The translations under genes and the position numbers were made by a program. Positions 20,940 to 30,246 of a stretch of 64,000 bases of DNA are shown piece by piece. Origin of the DNA: Clostridia bacterium (GTDB lineage: Bacteria; Bacillota; Peptococcia; DRI-13; PHAD01); the NCBI GenBank assembly GCA_034003745.1, contig JAVEYA010000002.1, positions 308 through 64,307 on the forward strand, given 5' to 3'. A model generated the notes under the pieces. It ran no database searches, had not been told where the DNA came from, and saw only the letters and a list, made by a program, of their open reading frames with translations. The stretch's first letter is position 1. Each line of letters opens with the position of its first letter.

Positions 20940-21905
20940 ATGAGTACTTCAATCGTTATTAGCTTAACCGCCTGCCTGACGATTGTTCTGGCGCTGAGCA
21001 GCCTTAATGCTATGGCCACTGCCGGAAAAAGGAATTTGAACAAGCGTCTGGAGGATGTCGCCGGCGGTCTGAAAATCAAGCCGGAGATAGAAAGCCCGCT
21101 GGAGCTGAAGCAGAAAAAAAGTATTTTTCATAAAATTGGCGCGGTCTTATTTAAGAAAAGCATGACCAAACAAATCGAGGAACAGCTCTCCCGCGCCGAC
21201 CTGCCGCTTAGGGCGGAAGAATTTCTGGCAATCTGGATGTTTGCAGGCATCTTGCCGGTTGTCTTTGTGACTATGGCCACGGAGAATATCGGTTTGACGA
21301 TTCTCGTTTATGTACTGGGCATCGGCCTGACCCCTTTTTTGGTTCTGCGGGCCCAGAAAAAGAGGCTGCATACCATCAACTGGCAGTTGGGCGACGCCCT
21401 TTCCATCATGTCCAATTCCCTGCGCGCCGGGTTTAGTTTTCAGCAGGCTATGGAAATGGTCGGGCGGGAAATGCCTGCCCCCATTGGCAAAGAATTCTCC
21501 CGCGCTTTCCGGGAAATCAATTTGGGCGTGCCCACCGAAGAAGCGCTGCAAAAGATGGTCAAACGGGTCAACAGCGATGATCTGGATTTATTGGTTACAG
21601 CAGTCTTGATCCAGCGGCAGGTCGGAGGCAACCTGGCGGAGATTCTGGACAATATCTCTCATACCATTCGTGAACGCATCCGCATCCAGGGAGAGATCAA
21701 GACCCTGACCGCTCAGGGCCGTATTTCCGGGATTATTATCGGTATTCTCCCGCCTGCGATTGCCCTGATTATGATGGTAATTAATCCCGGCTACATTCTG
21801 CCCTTTTTTAAAAACACCCTCGGTCAGGCCCTTTTGGCGGCAGGCGTTTTTATTGAAATCATCGGTATCCTGCTGATCAGGAAGATCGTTAACATTGACT
21901 ATTGA
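20940..21905 (+). CDS. tadB: Tad inner-membrane platform protein TadB
   Basis: T2SS-F-like domain with flanking TM helices. Stop overlaps the tadC start. Confidence 0.8.
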   Translation: MSTSIVISLTACLTIVLALSSLNAMATAGKRNLNKRLEDVAGGLKIKPEIESPLELKQKKSIFHKIGAVLFKKSMTKQIEEQLSRADLPLRAEEFLAIWMFAGILPVVFVTMATENIGLTILVYVLGIGLTPFLVLRAQKKRLHTINWQLGDALSIMSNSLRAGFSFQQAMEMVGREMPAPIGKEFSRAFREINLGVPTEEALQKMVKRVNSDDLDLLVTAVLIQRQVGGNLAEILDNISHTIRERIRIQGEIKTLTAQGRISGIIIGILPPAIALIMMVINPGYILPFFKNTLGQALLAAGVFIEIIGILLIRKIVNIDY

Positions 21906-22846
21906 GTGGGAGTGAGCACATGCTGCAGATCGCCGCGCTTGGTTTTCTCTTTGTCTTCAGCTGCTCCATGCTGATGATTCGTTTTATTTTTCGTAAAAGA
22001 ATCCAGCTGGAAAAGCGTTTGCGGGATGTTAAAAACAATCTGACTACGAAAAAAAGACATGAGGAAGAAATCTTAAACAAACCTTTCGCCGAGCGTGTGC
22101 TCAGCCCCCTGCTGGCCTTTACCGCCAAGGCGCTGGCGCGTTTTACGCCTGCGCGGAGCCGTCAGAAACTGCAGCATACCCTGCAGCTGGCCGGTAATCC
22201 GGGCAGCCTGAAGCCCCATGAATACCAATCTGTCTATGTATTCGTCGCTCTTATCAGCGGTATGGCAGTCCTGTTATTGGGCCGGCTGACCCGTAAGAGC
22301 ATCGTGGAACAGTTTCCTTTCGCCGCGGTTGCCGTCTTGGCAGTAATATTGCTTAATAAACTCTTTCTGCAAAGCCGCATGCGGATTAGAAGAGCAAACT
22401 TTTTAAGAGAACTGCCCGATGTGCTGGATCTTCTGACAGTCAGTGTGGAAGCCGGTCTGGGTTTCGACGGCGCGCTGCTGCATGTTATTGATAAATCCAA
22501 AGGCACTTTGGCGGAAGAATTTAAGATTACGCTAAGAGAGCTGCAGATGGGTAAAAGCCGCCGGGAGGCCCTGCGGGATTTGGGAGAACGCACCAATGTC
22601 GACGATATCCTAACCTTTGTCGGCGCGATGATTCAGGCCGACCAGCTGGGTGTGCCGGTCAGCAAAATTCTGCGCACCCAGGCGGAACAGGTGCGCATTA
22701 AAAGACGCCAGCGGGTGGAAGAGAAAGCGATGAAGGCTCCGGTAAAGATGCTCCTGCCGCTGGTGTTCTTTATCTTCCCCACGGTCTTCATTGTTTTATT
22801 AGGGCCGGCAGCGATCAGAGTTTATGATACGCTCGTTGCGCGATGA
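21902..22846 (+). CDS. tadC: Tad inner-membrane platform protein TadC
   Basis: Paralogous T2SS-F-like domain (LPDVLDLLTVSVEAGLGF). Alternative start at ATG 21920. Confidence 0.8.
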   Translation: MSGSEHMLQIAALGFLFVFSCSMLMIRFIFRKRIQLEKRLRDVKNNLTTKKRHEEEILNKPFAERVLSPLLAFTAKALARFTPARSRQKLQHTLQLAGNPGSLKPHEYQSVYVFVALISGMAVLLLGRLTRKSIVEQFPFAAVAVLAVILLNKLFLQSRMRIRRANFLRELPDVLDLLTVSVEAGLGFDGALLHVIDKSKGTLAEEFKITLRELQMGKSRREALRDLGERTNVDDILTFVGAMIQADQLGVPVSKILRTQAEQVRIKRRQRVEEKAMKAPVKMLLPLVFFIFPTVFIVLLGPAAIRVYDTLVAR

Positions 22847-22872
22847 TTTTTGGAACAGGAGAAGGAGAGAAT

Positions 22873-23256
22873 ATGCACAGAGAATTTGCGCTGATCAAAG
22901 ACCATATCATCATGGTCCCGCGCGTGCGGCTGGCCGATACCTTTCTCCAGCGCTTCCTTGGCCTGATGGGGAAAAAGAGCCTGTCCCGGGAGGAGGGCCT
23001 CCTCTTAAAGGGCTGCCGCCAGATTCATACCTTTTTCATGCGTATGACCATCGACGTGTTGTTCCTGGATAAAGACGGGCAAATTATTGCCGTACTGCCG
23101 GAGCTGGCTCCGGGGAAGATCAGTCCCCTGGTCAAAGGGGCCGGTTATGTGCTGGAACTGCCGGCGGGCAGTATCCGGGAATATGATTTCAGGGAAGGGC
23201 AGCAGTTAAAATTAATCCCGCAAACGACAAAAAGCTCGAATGTACCACAAAATTAA
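22873..23256 (+). CDS. DUF192 (COG1430) protein
   Basis: Track ORF 22843..23256. ATG 22873 follows GGAGAAGGAGAG. FLGLMG...LLKGCRQIHTFFMRMTIDVLFLDKDG pattern typical of DUF192. Confidence 0.7.
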   Translation: MHREFALIKDHIIMVPRVRLADTFLQRFLGLMGKKSLSREEGLLLKGCRQIHTFFMRMTIDVLFLDKDGQIIAVLPELAPGKISPLVKGAGYVLELPAGSIREYDFREGQQLKLIPQTTKSSNVPQN

Positions 23257-23331
23257 CAATATATGAATATAATACTAAATGATGGGAATACTACTAACAA
23301 CAACCTAAATAATAAGGAGGAATTAAATCAA

Positions 23332-24075
23332 GTGGAAATGCAGTTGTTGTTAGAAAAAACCAGAATCCTGCATCAATTGCTGCAGAAATCAGCCAGTCAG
23401 GTTCTGGACTTCAGCGGTATTGCCGAGGAGCTTTCCGGAATGCTGGACTGCAACGTTTACATCGTCGGGAAAAAAGGCAAGCTTCTGGGCCGTGGGGAGA
23501 CAGACAGTATTTATGGCGGCTTGTTCCATACCGATGAACTGAAAGACGGCCAGTTCAGCGACACCACCCAGCAGTGGCTTCTGGGCTTTACACACACGGA
23601 GGTTAACGTGACGCCGCAGGATACCGGTTTTATCTGCATCATGGCGCCGGTCTTCGGCAGCGGTGAGCGCCTGGGCACAGTGGTCTATGCCCGTGAAGGC
23701 AAAGCCTATAGCCCGGCGGAAACTATCCTGGCCGAGTACGGCGCCAGCGTAGCCGGGATGCAAATTCTCAGGAACGCCAGCGACCGCCAGGAAAACGAAG
23801 CCCGCAAGAAGACGGTTGTGCAGCTGGCTCTGGAAGTGCTGTCCTATTCCGAGCTCGAGGCTGTCAAGTACATCTTCAGCGAAATTGAAGGCAGCGAAGG
23901 CTTCCTGGTCGCCAGCAAGCTGGCCGAGGAGTATAAGCTGACCCGCTCGGTCATCGTCAATGCGCTCAGGAAACTGGAAAGCGCCGGCGTCATCGACGCG
24001 CGGTCGTTAGGCATGAAAGGTACCTACATCAAAATTTTAAACGATTACTTATACGAGCAACTGGCGCACATCTAA
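23332..24075 (+). CDS. codY: GTP/BCAA-sensing global regulator CodY
   Basis: LLEKTRILHQLLQ N-terminus and C-terminal wHTH RSVIVNALRKLESAGVIDARSLGMKGTYIKILN. GTG 23332 lies 11 nt after AAGGAGG (track start 23263 is unlikely). Confidence 0.9.
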   Translation: MEMQLLLEKTRILHQLLQKSASQVLDFSGIAEELSGMLDCNVYIVGKKGKLLGRGETDSIYGGLFHTDELKDGQFSDTTQQWLLGFTHTEVNVTPQDTGFICIMAPVFGSGERLGTVVYAREGKAYSPAETILAEYGASVAGMQILRNASDRQENEARKKTVVQLALEVLSYSELEAVKYIFSEIEGSEGFLVASKLAEEYKLTRSVIVNALRKLESAGVIDARSLGMKGTYIKILNDYLYEQLAHI

Positions 24076-24155
24076 ATTACTCAGGGGAATCCAGGAGACG
24101 GGTCAGATTCCTGTACTCGACCCTTCTGAATCCCCCTGCGGATTGTCATCCGCTT

Positions 24156-24186
24156 CCCCCCTTTAACAAGGGGGGCTTTTATTTTG
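24156..24186 (+). terminator. codY terminator
   Basis: CCCCCCTT-TAAC-AAGGGGGG followed by CTTTTATTTT. Confidence 0.7.
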
Positions 24187-24301
24187 TGCCTCCCTTGTTA
24201 AAGGGAGGGGGACCACGTCAGTGGTGGAGGGATTCTGTGTCGAAAAAGAGGAAAATCCTGTCTCATAGCTAATATAACATACCAGATCGTTTCTACAGCA
24301 A

Positions 24302-25057
24302 ATGAGGTATTTGCAGGTGCTCCAGAAACTGTTTAGAATTGTACTGGACTTACTTTTTCCTATAGCAAGGCATTGTATTTTTTGTTGGCGCAAAACAGAG
24401 GGGACGAGGGGCAGCCTTTGCGCCGACTGCGCCGCACAAATATTGCAATACGGAGATGAAAATGAGGCTTGTCCCCGCTGCGGACGCTTTATTGCCGCCG
24501 GGTGCTGTCCGAACTGTTTTGACTGGCCGCCTGAAATGTTGGCCCGGGTCGTCAGCGTGGTCCCCTATGACGGAATTTATAAAGACAAAATTTTTGACTT
24601 GAAATATAACGGACAAGAAGGACTCGCTTCCCGGTTGGGGTATTTGATGGCGCGCAAAGCCAAAGCCCTCCTGCCCCTGGATAAGGATATGCTGACGGTA
24701 CCCGTCCCTCTGCATGGGTTGCGGGAGGACGAGCGGGGCTATAACCAGAGCGCCTTGCTGGCCAAAGCGGTGGCCGGTGAATTGTCCCTTGTTTATGAAG
24801 ATAAAGCGCTGGAACGGATCCGGTATGACTGCAGCCAGACGGCGCTGGGCCGTTGCGAAAGAAGGGCGAACATGGACGGCGTTTTTACCGTTAAAAATAC
24901 CGCCCTCCTGGCCGGTAAAAAGGTGTTGCTGGTGGATGATATTATCACCACCGGAGCCACTATGCTGGCTGCAGCCGCGGCCTTAAAGGCAGCCGGCGTG
25001 CAGGAAATATATGGATTGACTTGGGCGGCGGGATTTGATAAAGTGAAAAAGAATTAG
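24302..25057 (+). CDS. comFC: ComF family protein (ComFC, PRTase-like)
   Basis: N-terminal Cys-rich zinc finger. C-terminal VLLVDDIITTGAT phosphoribosyltransferase motif. Confidence 0.8.
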   Translation: MRYLQVLQKLFRIVLDLLFPIARHCIFCWRKTEGTRGSLCADCAAQILQYGDENEACPRCGRFIAAGCCPNCFDWPPEMLARVVSVVPYDGIYKDKIFDLKYNGQEGLASRLGYLMARKAKALLPLDKDMLTVPVPLHGLREDERGYNQSALLAKAVAGELSLVYEDKALERIRYDCSQTALGRCERRANMDGVFTVKNTALLAGKKVLLVDDIITTGATMLAAAAALKAAGVQEIYGLTWAAGFDKVKKN

Positions 25058-25104
25058 CTAATCTTTCGAATATTTAGATATGCTTACACAAGGGAGGCAG
25101 GATT

Positions 25105-25566
25105 ATGGAACTGCGCAATTGCCCGGAATGCGGCGGCGTCTTCACTTATTACAGTGTGAATCTGTGCCCTGCCTGCATGAATAAAGATGAAGAGGAATTC
25201 AAAAAGGTGCGCGGCTTTATTATTAGAAACCGTCATTTGGGTATTCCGAAAATAGCCGAAGGGACCGGCGTCAGCGAAGAAAAAATTCTCCGCTACATCC
25301 GGGAGGGCCGCATTAATATTACCTCCGCCAATGCAGAAATGGTGCTGAAATGCGAGGTCTGCGGCAAGGGCATCACCAGCGGCCGTCTGTGCGAGATTTG
25401 CAGTACGAAACTTTCTGCCGGACTCAAAAAACAAATTGCCGAAGAGAACAAAAAAATTCTGGCAGAGGATAGCAACCCCATGAAGAGTACGTCTCCGCAG
25501 CCCCAGACCAAAGGGCAGTCCGCTCCCCGCATGCACGTCGTCGATTACCTGAAAAAATTACGCTGA
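25105..25566 (+). CDS. flagellar-region zinc-ribbon protein (YvyF-like)
   Basis: CPECG...CPAC and CEVCG...CEIC pairs. Sits between comFC and flgM, as yvyF does in B. subtilis. Confidence 0.7.
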   Translation: MELRNCPECGGVFTYYSVNLCPACMNKDEEEFKKVRGFIIRNRHLGIPKIAEGTGVSEEKILRYIREGRINITSANAEMVLKCEVCGKGITSGRLCEICSTKLSAGLKKQIAEENKKILAEDSNPMKSTSPQPQTKGQSAPRMHVVDYLKKLR

Positions 25567-25587
25567 ACAGTCCTGAAAAGTATTGCC

Positions 25588-25616
25588 AAAGAACGTTTAA
25601 AAAACGTTCTTTTTTA
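25588..25616 (+). terminator. rho-independent terminator
   Basis: AAAGAACGTT-TAAA-AACGTTCTTT followed by a T-run. Confidence 0.7.
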
Positions 25617-25626
25617 TGCAAAAGAC

Positions 25627-25654
25627 TAAAAAATTTACTTTTTTTTTCGATTAA
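25627..25654 (+). promoter_or_regulatory. sigma-D/sigma-28-type promoter of flgM operon
   Basis: TAAA, 16 nt, TCGATTAA. Compare the consensus TAAA-N15/16-GCCGATAA. Confidence 0.5.
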
Positions 25655-25694
25655 TTAAGTGATAGTCTTATTTATATTTATTGGAGGATTGACC

Positions 25695-25970
25695 ATGAGA
25701 ATCGAAAATCAGCAAATATCTGCGATTCAAAAGCTCTTCAACCAAAAAAGCCAGAGTGAAAAGCTGGGAGGGCCTAAAAGCGGCCGGGAAGACGGCGTGA
25801 ACATCTCCCCCGAAGCGCGCCTGTTTTCCGTCGCCCTGAAGGCGGCTCAGGCGCTGCCGCCCCGGGATATCAAGGAACTGGAAGCTTTGAAGGGGCAGAT
25901 TAAAGCGGATTCTTATGAAGTAAATAATGAAGATATTGCGGCCAAACTTTTCGATGAGACGCTATTTTAA
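25695..25970 (+). CDS. flgM: anti-sigma-28 factor FlgM
   Basis: Track ORF 25659..25970 trimmed to ATG 25695 after GGAGG. C-terminal IKADSYEVNNEDIAAKL region. Gene order. Confidence 0.8.
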   Translation: MRIENQQISAIQKLFNQKSQSEKLGGPKSGREDGVNISPEARLFSVALKAAQALPPRDIKELEALKGQIKADSYEVNNEDIAAKLFDETLF

Positions 25971-25988
25971 GAATAAAGAGGTGCCGGC

Positions 25989-26477
25989 ATGGAACTCACT
26001 TTTAACGCTTTGGCTTCCGTATTGAAGAAGCAGGAAGAGATTTACCGGGAATTGCTCAGCCTCGGCAAGATGAAGCAGGCCGAGCTGGTCCAAGGAACCC
26101 TGGAAGCCATTGAAAGCCTGAACCGGCAGGAAGAACTGCTGATAGTGCAGGCAGGACGCCTGGAAGAAGAGCGCTTCAATCACGCTGCCGCGCTGATTAA
26201 GCATTACAGTATGGGTGAAGACGCCTCGCTGGAGGAAATCATCAGTGTGGCCCCGGAGGTGATGCAAGGCGCATTGACGTCTTTGAAGAATTCCCTGACC
26301 GCATTGTTGAAGGATATGCAGAAAATCAACAGTGAGAATACCTTGCTGATTCAGCAGACCTTGCAGTTTATTCAGTTCACCCTGGGAGCGATGACCCAGG
26401 AAACACAGACCACGTATACGTCCGACCGGGCGATGAAAGTGGAGAATCTGACCAGGATCTTAGATAAGAAAGTGTGA
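25989..26477 (+). CDS. flgN: flagellar chaperone FlgN (YvyG-like)
   Basis: Helical 162-aa protein between flgM and flgK. FlgN-like N-terminal region. Confidence 0.7.
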   Translation: MELTFNALASVLKKQEEIYRELLSLGKMKQAELVQGTLEAIESLNRQEELLIVQAGRLEEERFNHAAALIKHYSMGEDASLEEIISVAPEVMQGALTSLKNSLTALLKDMQKINSENTLLIQQTLQFIQFTLGAMTQETQTTYTSDRAMKVENLTRILDKKV

Positions 26478-26481
26478 TCAT

Positions 26482-28251
26482 ATGCGTTCGACCTTTTCCG
26501 GATTAAATATAGGGGCAAGCGCCCTGGCCGCGCAACAGCGGGCGCTGGACGTCACAGGCCACAATATCGCCAATGCCAATACCCAGGGCTATTCGCGCCA
26601 GAGTGTGTCTATGGTAACGACCAGGCCTATCAGAACATATTCAGGCTTTGTCGGCACGGGGGTGCAAATCAACAACATTACGCGTATCCGCGACCAGTTC
26701 GTGGATGCCCAGATCCGAAACGAGATTAATCTCACCGGGGAATGGGAAACCAAATACGATATTTTGTCCAAGCTGGAATTGATTATCAACGAACCTTCCG
26801 ATAATAGCCTGCGCTCCGTGCTGGATGAATACTGGGCCGCCTGGCAGCAGCTTTCCAAGAATCCGGAGAGTTCAGCGGTGCGGGCCGCCGTCATGCAGAG
26901 CGGCATCACGCTGTCCGATACTTTAAACCATATGTCCCGGCAATTTACCGACCTGCAGGACGATCTCAACAACGAAATCACCGTGAAAGTCACCGAGATC
27001 AATTCTTATGGCCGCCAGATCCGTGACCTGAACGTGCAGATCGTTAAGGCCGAGACGGAAGGCTTCCCGGCCAATGACCTCCGCGACAGGCGGGACTATC
27101 TGGTGGACCAGCTTGCGCGCATTGCCGATATCGGGGTCAATGAAGACTCAGTGGGAGCGCTGCAGATCACCATTGGCGGCCGGGCCCTGGTAGCCAGGGA
27201 AGAATTAACCGAGATGAAGTGTATCCAGAATCAATTTGACCCCTCCCGGACGGCCATCGTCTGGCTGGACCGCTCCACCGGGAATCCGCTGGGCGAAGTC
27301 TCTATAAAGGGCGGGGAACTCAAGGGTTATCTGGATATGCTAAAAACCACGGTGCCCCAGTTAAAAGAAGAAATTGACGAACTGACCCGGCGTATCGCCA
27401 CCGAAGTGAACGAATTGCACCGCCAGGGTTATGGCGCGGATAAAAGCACCGGACTTGATTTTTTCACCAGGCTGGATGATAATGTGCCGTTCAGCGCCGC
27501 CAATATCCGGGTGAATCAGGATATTATCGACGATATCACCAAAATTGCCGCCGCTATCACCGACGATCCGGACGCCTTGGCCGGCGACGGGGCCAACGCC
27601 TTATTGCTGGCCCAGTTGAAGAGCAAGAAGGCCATTAATCCGGGCGTTTTTTCCCCACCGCTGTCGGTCACAGGGACAACCCTTCCCGCCACTGTGGAAA
27701 TCAGCGCAGCCTCGGGCAATAACCGCTTGTATGTTACCATTGACGGGACTACCCGGACTTTGACCTTGGCGGACGGGATCTATGACACTACGGATACGAC
27801 GCAAATGGACGCGCTGGCCGCGGATATCCAGGCCCAGCTCGATGCAGAATTCGGACCTCTTGCGGCGGCGGCTTCATTTAGCGGCGGCAGGTTGCAAATC
27901 AGCAGTCTCGGCGGCGAAAGCCACAGCGGCATTTACGAGATTTCCGGCTCCGCCGCCTCCGTTCTTGGCTTGAAGACCGGTTATAACACGACGTTCGACG
28001 ACTTTTTCCGCTCCTCCGTGGCCCAGCTGGGGGTGATTACCATGGAGGCGGAGCGGATGACCGATAACCAGAACCTGCTCCTGAATCAGCTGCAGAATAA
28101 GCGGGAGACCATTTCCGGGGTGTCCCTCGATGAAGAAATGACCAATATGATCCGATACCAGCATGCCTATACCGCCGCGGCGCGGCTGATCACCACCATG
28201 GACGAAATGCTGGATTTAATCGTTAACCGGCTGGGGCTGGTAGGAAGGTAG
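26482..28251 (+). CDS. flgK: flagellar hook-associated protein 1 FlgK
   Basis: N-terminus SGLNIGASALAAQQRALDVTGHNIANANTQGYSRQ. C-terminus GVSLDEEMTNMIRYQHAYTAAARL. Confidence 0.92.
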   Translation: MRSTFSGLNIGASALAAQQRALDVTGHNIANANTQGYSRQSVSMVTTRPIRTYSGFVGTGVQINNITRIRDQFVDAQIRNEINLTGEWETKYDILSKLELIINEPSDNSLRSVLDEYWAAWQQLSKNPESSAVRAAVMQSGITLSDTLNHMSRQFTDLQDDLNNEITVKVTEINSYGRQIRDLNVQIVKAETEGFPANDLRDRRDYLVDQLARIADIGVNEDSVGALQITIGGRALVAREELTEMKCIQNQFDPSRTAIVWLDRSTGNPLGEVSIKGGELKGYLDMLKTTVPQLKEEIDELTRRIATEVNELHRQGYGADKSTGLDFFTRLDDNVPFSAANIRVNQDIIDDITKIAAAITDDPDALAGDGANALLLAQLKSKKAINPGVFSPPLSVTGTTLPATVEISAASGNNRLYVTIDGTTRTLTLADGIYDTTDTTQMDALAADIQAQLDAEFGPLAAAASFSGGRLQISSLGGESHSGIYEISGSAASVLGLKTGYNTTFDDFFRSSVAQLGVITMEAERMTDNQNLLLNQLQNKRETISGVSLDEEMTNMIRYQHAYTAAARLITTMDEMLDLIVNRLGLVGR

Positions 28252-28262
28252 AGTGAGCGCTT

Positions 28263-29186
28263 ATGCGTATGACCAACAATATTATGATTAACAACCTCAA
28301 GCATAATATCAGCCGGAACATGTATAGGCTAAGCACCCTGGATACGATGCTGTCCACGGGCAAGCGCATCAATAAACCCTCCGACGATCCCACCGGCATT
28401 GTCAACAGCCTGCGTCTCTCCTCCCGTCTCAAAGAGACAACTCAATACCAGGGAAATGTGGCTGACGCCAAGAGCTGGCTGGAGAGTACGGACAGCGCCC
28501 TGGGCAGCCTGAACGCCGTCCTGAACCGCGTCTATGAACTGACGGTAAAGGCCGCCAACGGGCCGTTGAGTGTGGAGGACCGGGGCACTATCATGGAAGA
28601 GCTTAGCCAGCTGAAGAATGAAGTCATTACCATTGCCAATACCAGTCATGGAGACAGATATGTCTTCGGCGGGCGCAATACCACCGAGCCGCCTTACCAG
28701 GGGACGGACTGGATTACTCCGCTGAATACGGCGCAGATAAATTATGAGATTGGCGTGGGGATCACCGTTCCGGTGAATGTCACCGCCGACCAGGTCTTTT
28801 CAGCCGGTCAGCCCGGTGACCCGGATGATCCCGCTGCTCCCCAGGACTTGCTGACCACGCTGCAGCAGATTATCGACCACATGAGCTCGGGTGTCACGGA
28901 AGATATTAACAAACTCGGGAATGAAGACCTGGAAAGATTAAAGCTGAACATTGATACGGTACTGTCGGCCCGCGCCCAGATCGGCGCCCGGGTCAACCGT
29001 CTGGAGATGGCCAGTGACCGTCTCTATGAACTGGAGATTAACTTAACCTCCCTGAAGGAAGACGTGGAAGGCGTCGATCCCGCCAAAGTTATCCTGGATA
29101 TGAAGAACCAGGAGAACGTCTATACCGCGGCTTTGGCTGTGGGGGCGCGCATCATCCAGCCCACCTTGATGAACTTCCTGAATTAA
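28263..29186 (+). CDS. flgL: flagellar hook-associated protein 3 FlgL
   Basis: Flagellin-like N and C termini (MRMTNNIMINN...; AALAVGARIIQPTLMNFL). Confidence 0.9.
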   Translation: MRMTNNIMINNLKHNISRNMYRLSTLDTMLSTGKRINKPSDDPTGIVNSLRLSSRLKETTQYQGNVADAKSWLESTDSALGSLNAVLNRVYELTVKAANGPLSVEDRGTIMEELSQLKNEVITIANTSHGDRYVFGGRNTTEPPYQGTDWITPLNTAQINYEIGVGITVPVNVTADQVFSAGQPGDPDDPAAPQDLLTTLQQIIDHMSSGVTEDINKLGNEDLERLKLNIDTVLSARAQIGARVNRLEMASDRLYELEINLTSLKEDVEGVDPAKVILDMKNQENVYTAALAVGARIIQPTLMNFLN

Positions 29187-29207
29187 AGCCCTGCCGGAGG
29201 GATTGAA

Positions 29208-29717
29208 ATGGACCTGAAAATCAGGCAAACCTGGCCGCAGATCAGGCTGAGGACTACCTCCCCCGAACTCCGGCTGCAAGTTACAGAATCTCAGTTAAAT
29301 ATCCGGCAGCGCAACGCCCAGGTCAGATGCGACGCCACGCAGTGCCGGGAAGAAATCGGCCTGCGCTCGCCGGTGTCTTTTGCCCGGGATAATGCCCACA
29401 AGGGCTATGAAACCGTCATGCAACATATCGGTCAAGTAGCGCGGAACGGGGACATGATGGCGCAGATTGACCGGTATGATATGTCCGCCGTAGTGACCGC
29501 GTTAAGCGCCCAGACGCTGGAATTGCCGCGTTTTATTCTTGCCCGTGTGCCCAATTCTCCGGTGGATATGGATGTCCTCCCCGCTGAATTAAAGATCGAT
29601 TACCGCGTGGGAGAAGTTATTTCCCAGCCTATCCGGGGCGAGATCAGCCTTTACATGCAGCCACAGGGAAGTGTGGAAACGGAGTATGTGGGGAGGAACG
29701 TAGATATCCGGGGCTAG
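29208..29717 (+). CDS. conserved flagellar-cluster protein (YviE-like by position)
   Basis: 169 aa between flgL and fliW, the position of yviE in B. subtilis. No catalytic motif recognised. Confidence 0.5.
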   Translation: MDLKIRQTWPQIRLRTTSPELRLQVTESQLNIRQRNAQVRCDATQCREEIGLRSPVSFARDNAHKGYETVMQHIGQVARNGDMMAQIDRYDMSAVVTALSAQTLELPRFILARVPNSPVDMDVLPAELKIDYRVGEVISQPIRGEISLYMQPQGSVETEYVGRNVDIRG

Positions 29718-29772
29718 CAACCGAAGCTTCCCGGATAGCCGGCAGACAGAAAATAGATAGGAGGCTTTTGCC

Positions 29773-30246
29773 ATGATTTTGAAAACCCTGCGTTTCGGTG
29801 AAATAGAGATTGCCGAAGAGCAAATTATACACTTTGCCTGGGGCTTGCCCGGATTCCCCGAGCAGCGGAGATTTGTACCCATTCATTCCGGCTCCGGCGA
29901 CAGCTTATTTTTCCTGCAGGCAGTGGATTTGCCTGATTTGACCTTTATCCTGGCCGATCCTTTTCACCTGAACGGCAATTATGTGGCCGATATTCCCGAA
30001 GAAGACCTGGAGGCGCTGCAAATCAAGATGCCGGAGGAAGCGGCCGTCTATGTGATTCTGACTGTCCGTCAGGGCGGCCAAGAAATCACCGCCAATCTGG
30101 TCGCGCCGCTTGTGATCAATACGGCCAAAAAAATGGGACGGCAGGTCATTCTCTTCAACAGTCCCTATAGCGCCCGCTTCCCCTTAATGGCCCGGCAAGA
30201 GAATGCGGCTAAGGGAGGGAAGGCGCATGCTGGCCTTAACCCGTAA
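29773..30246 (+). CDS. fliW: flagellar assembly factor FliW (CsrA antagonist)
   Basis: N-terminus TLRFGEIEIAEEQIIHFAWGLPGFPE. Overlaps csrA by 20 nt. Confidence 0.88.
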   Translation: MILKTLRFGEIEIAEEQIIHFAWGLPGFPEQRRFVPIHSGSGDSLFFLQAVDLPDLTFILADPFHLNGNYVADIPEEDLEALQIKMPEEAAVYVILTVRQGGQEITANLVAPLVINTAKKMGRQVILFNSPYSARFPLMARQENAAKGGKAHAGLNP

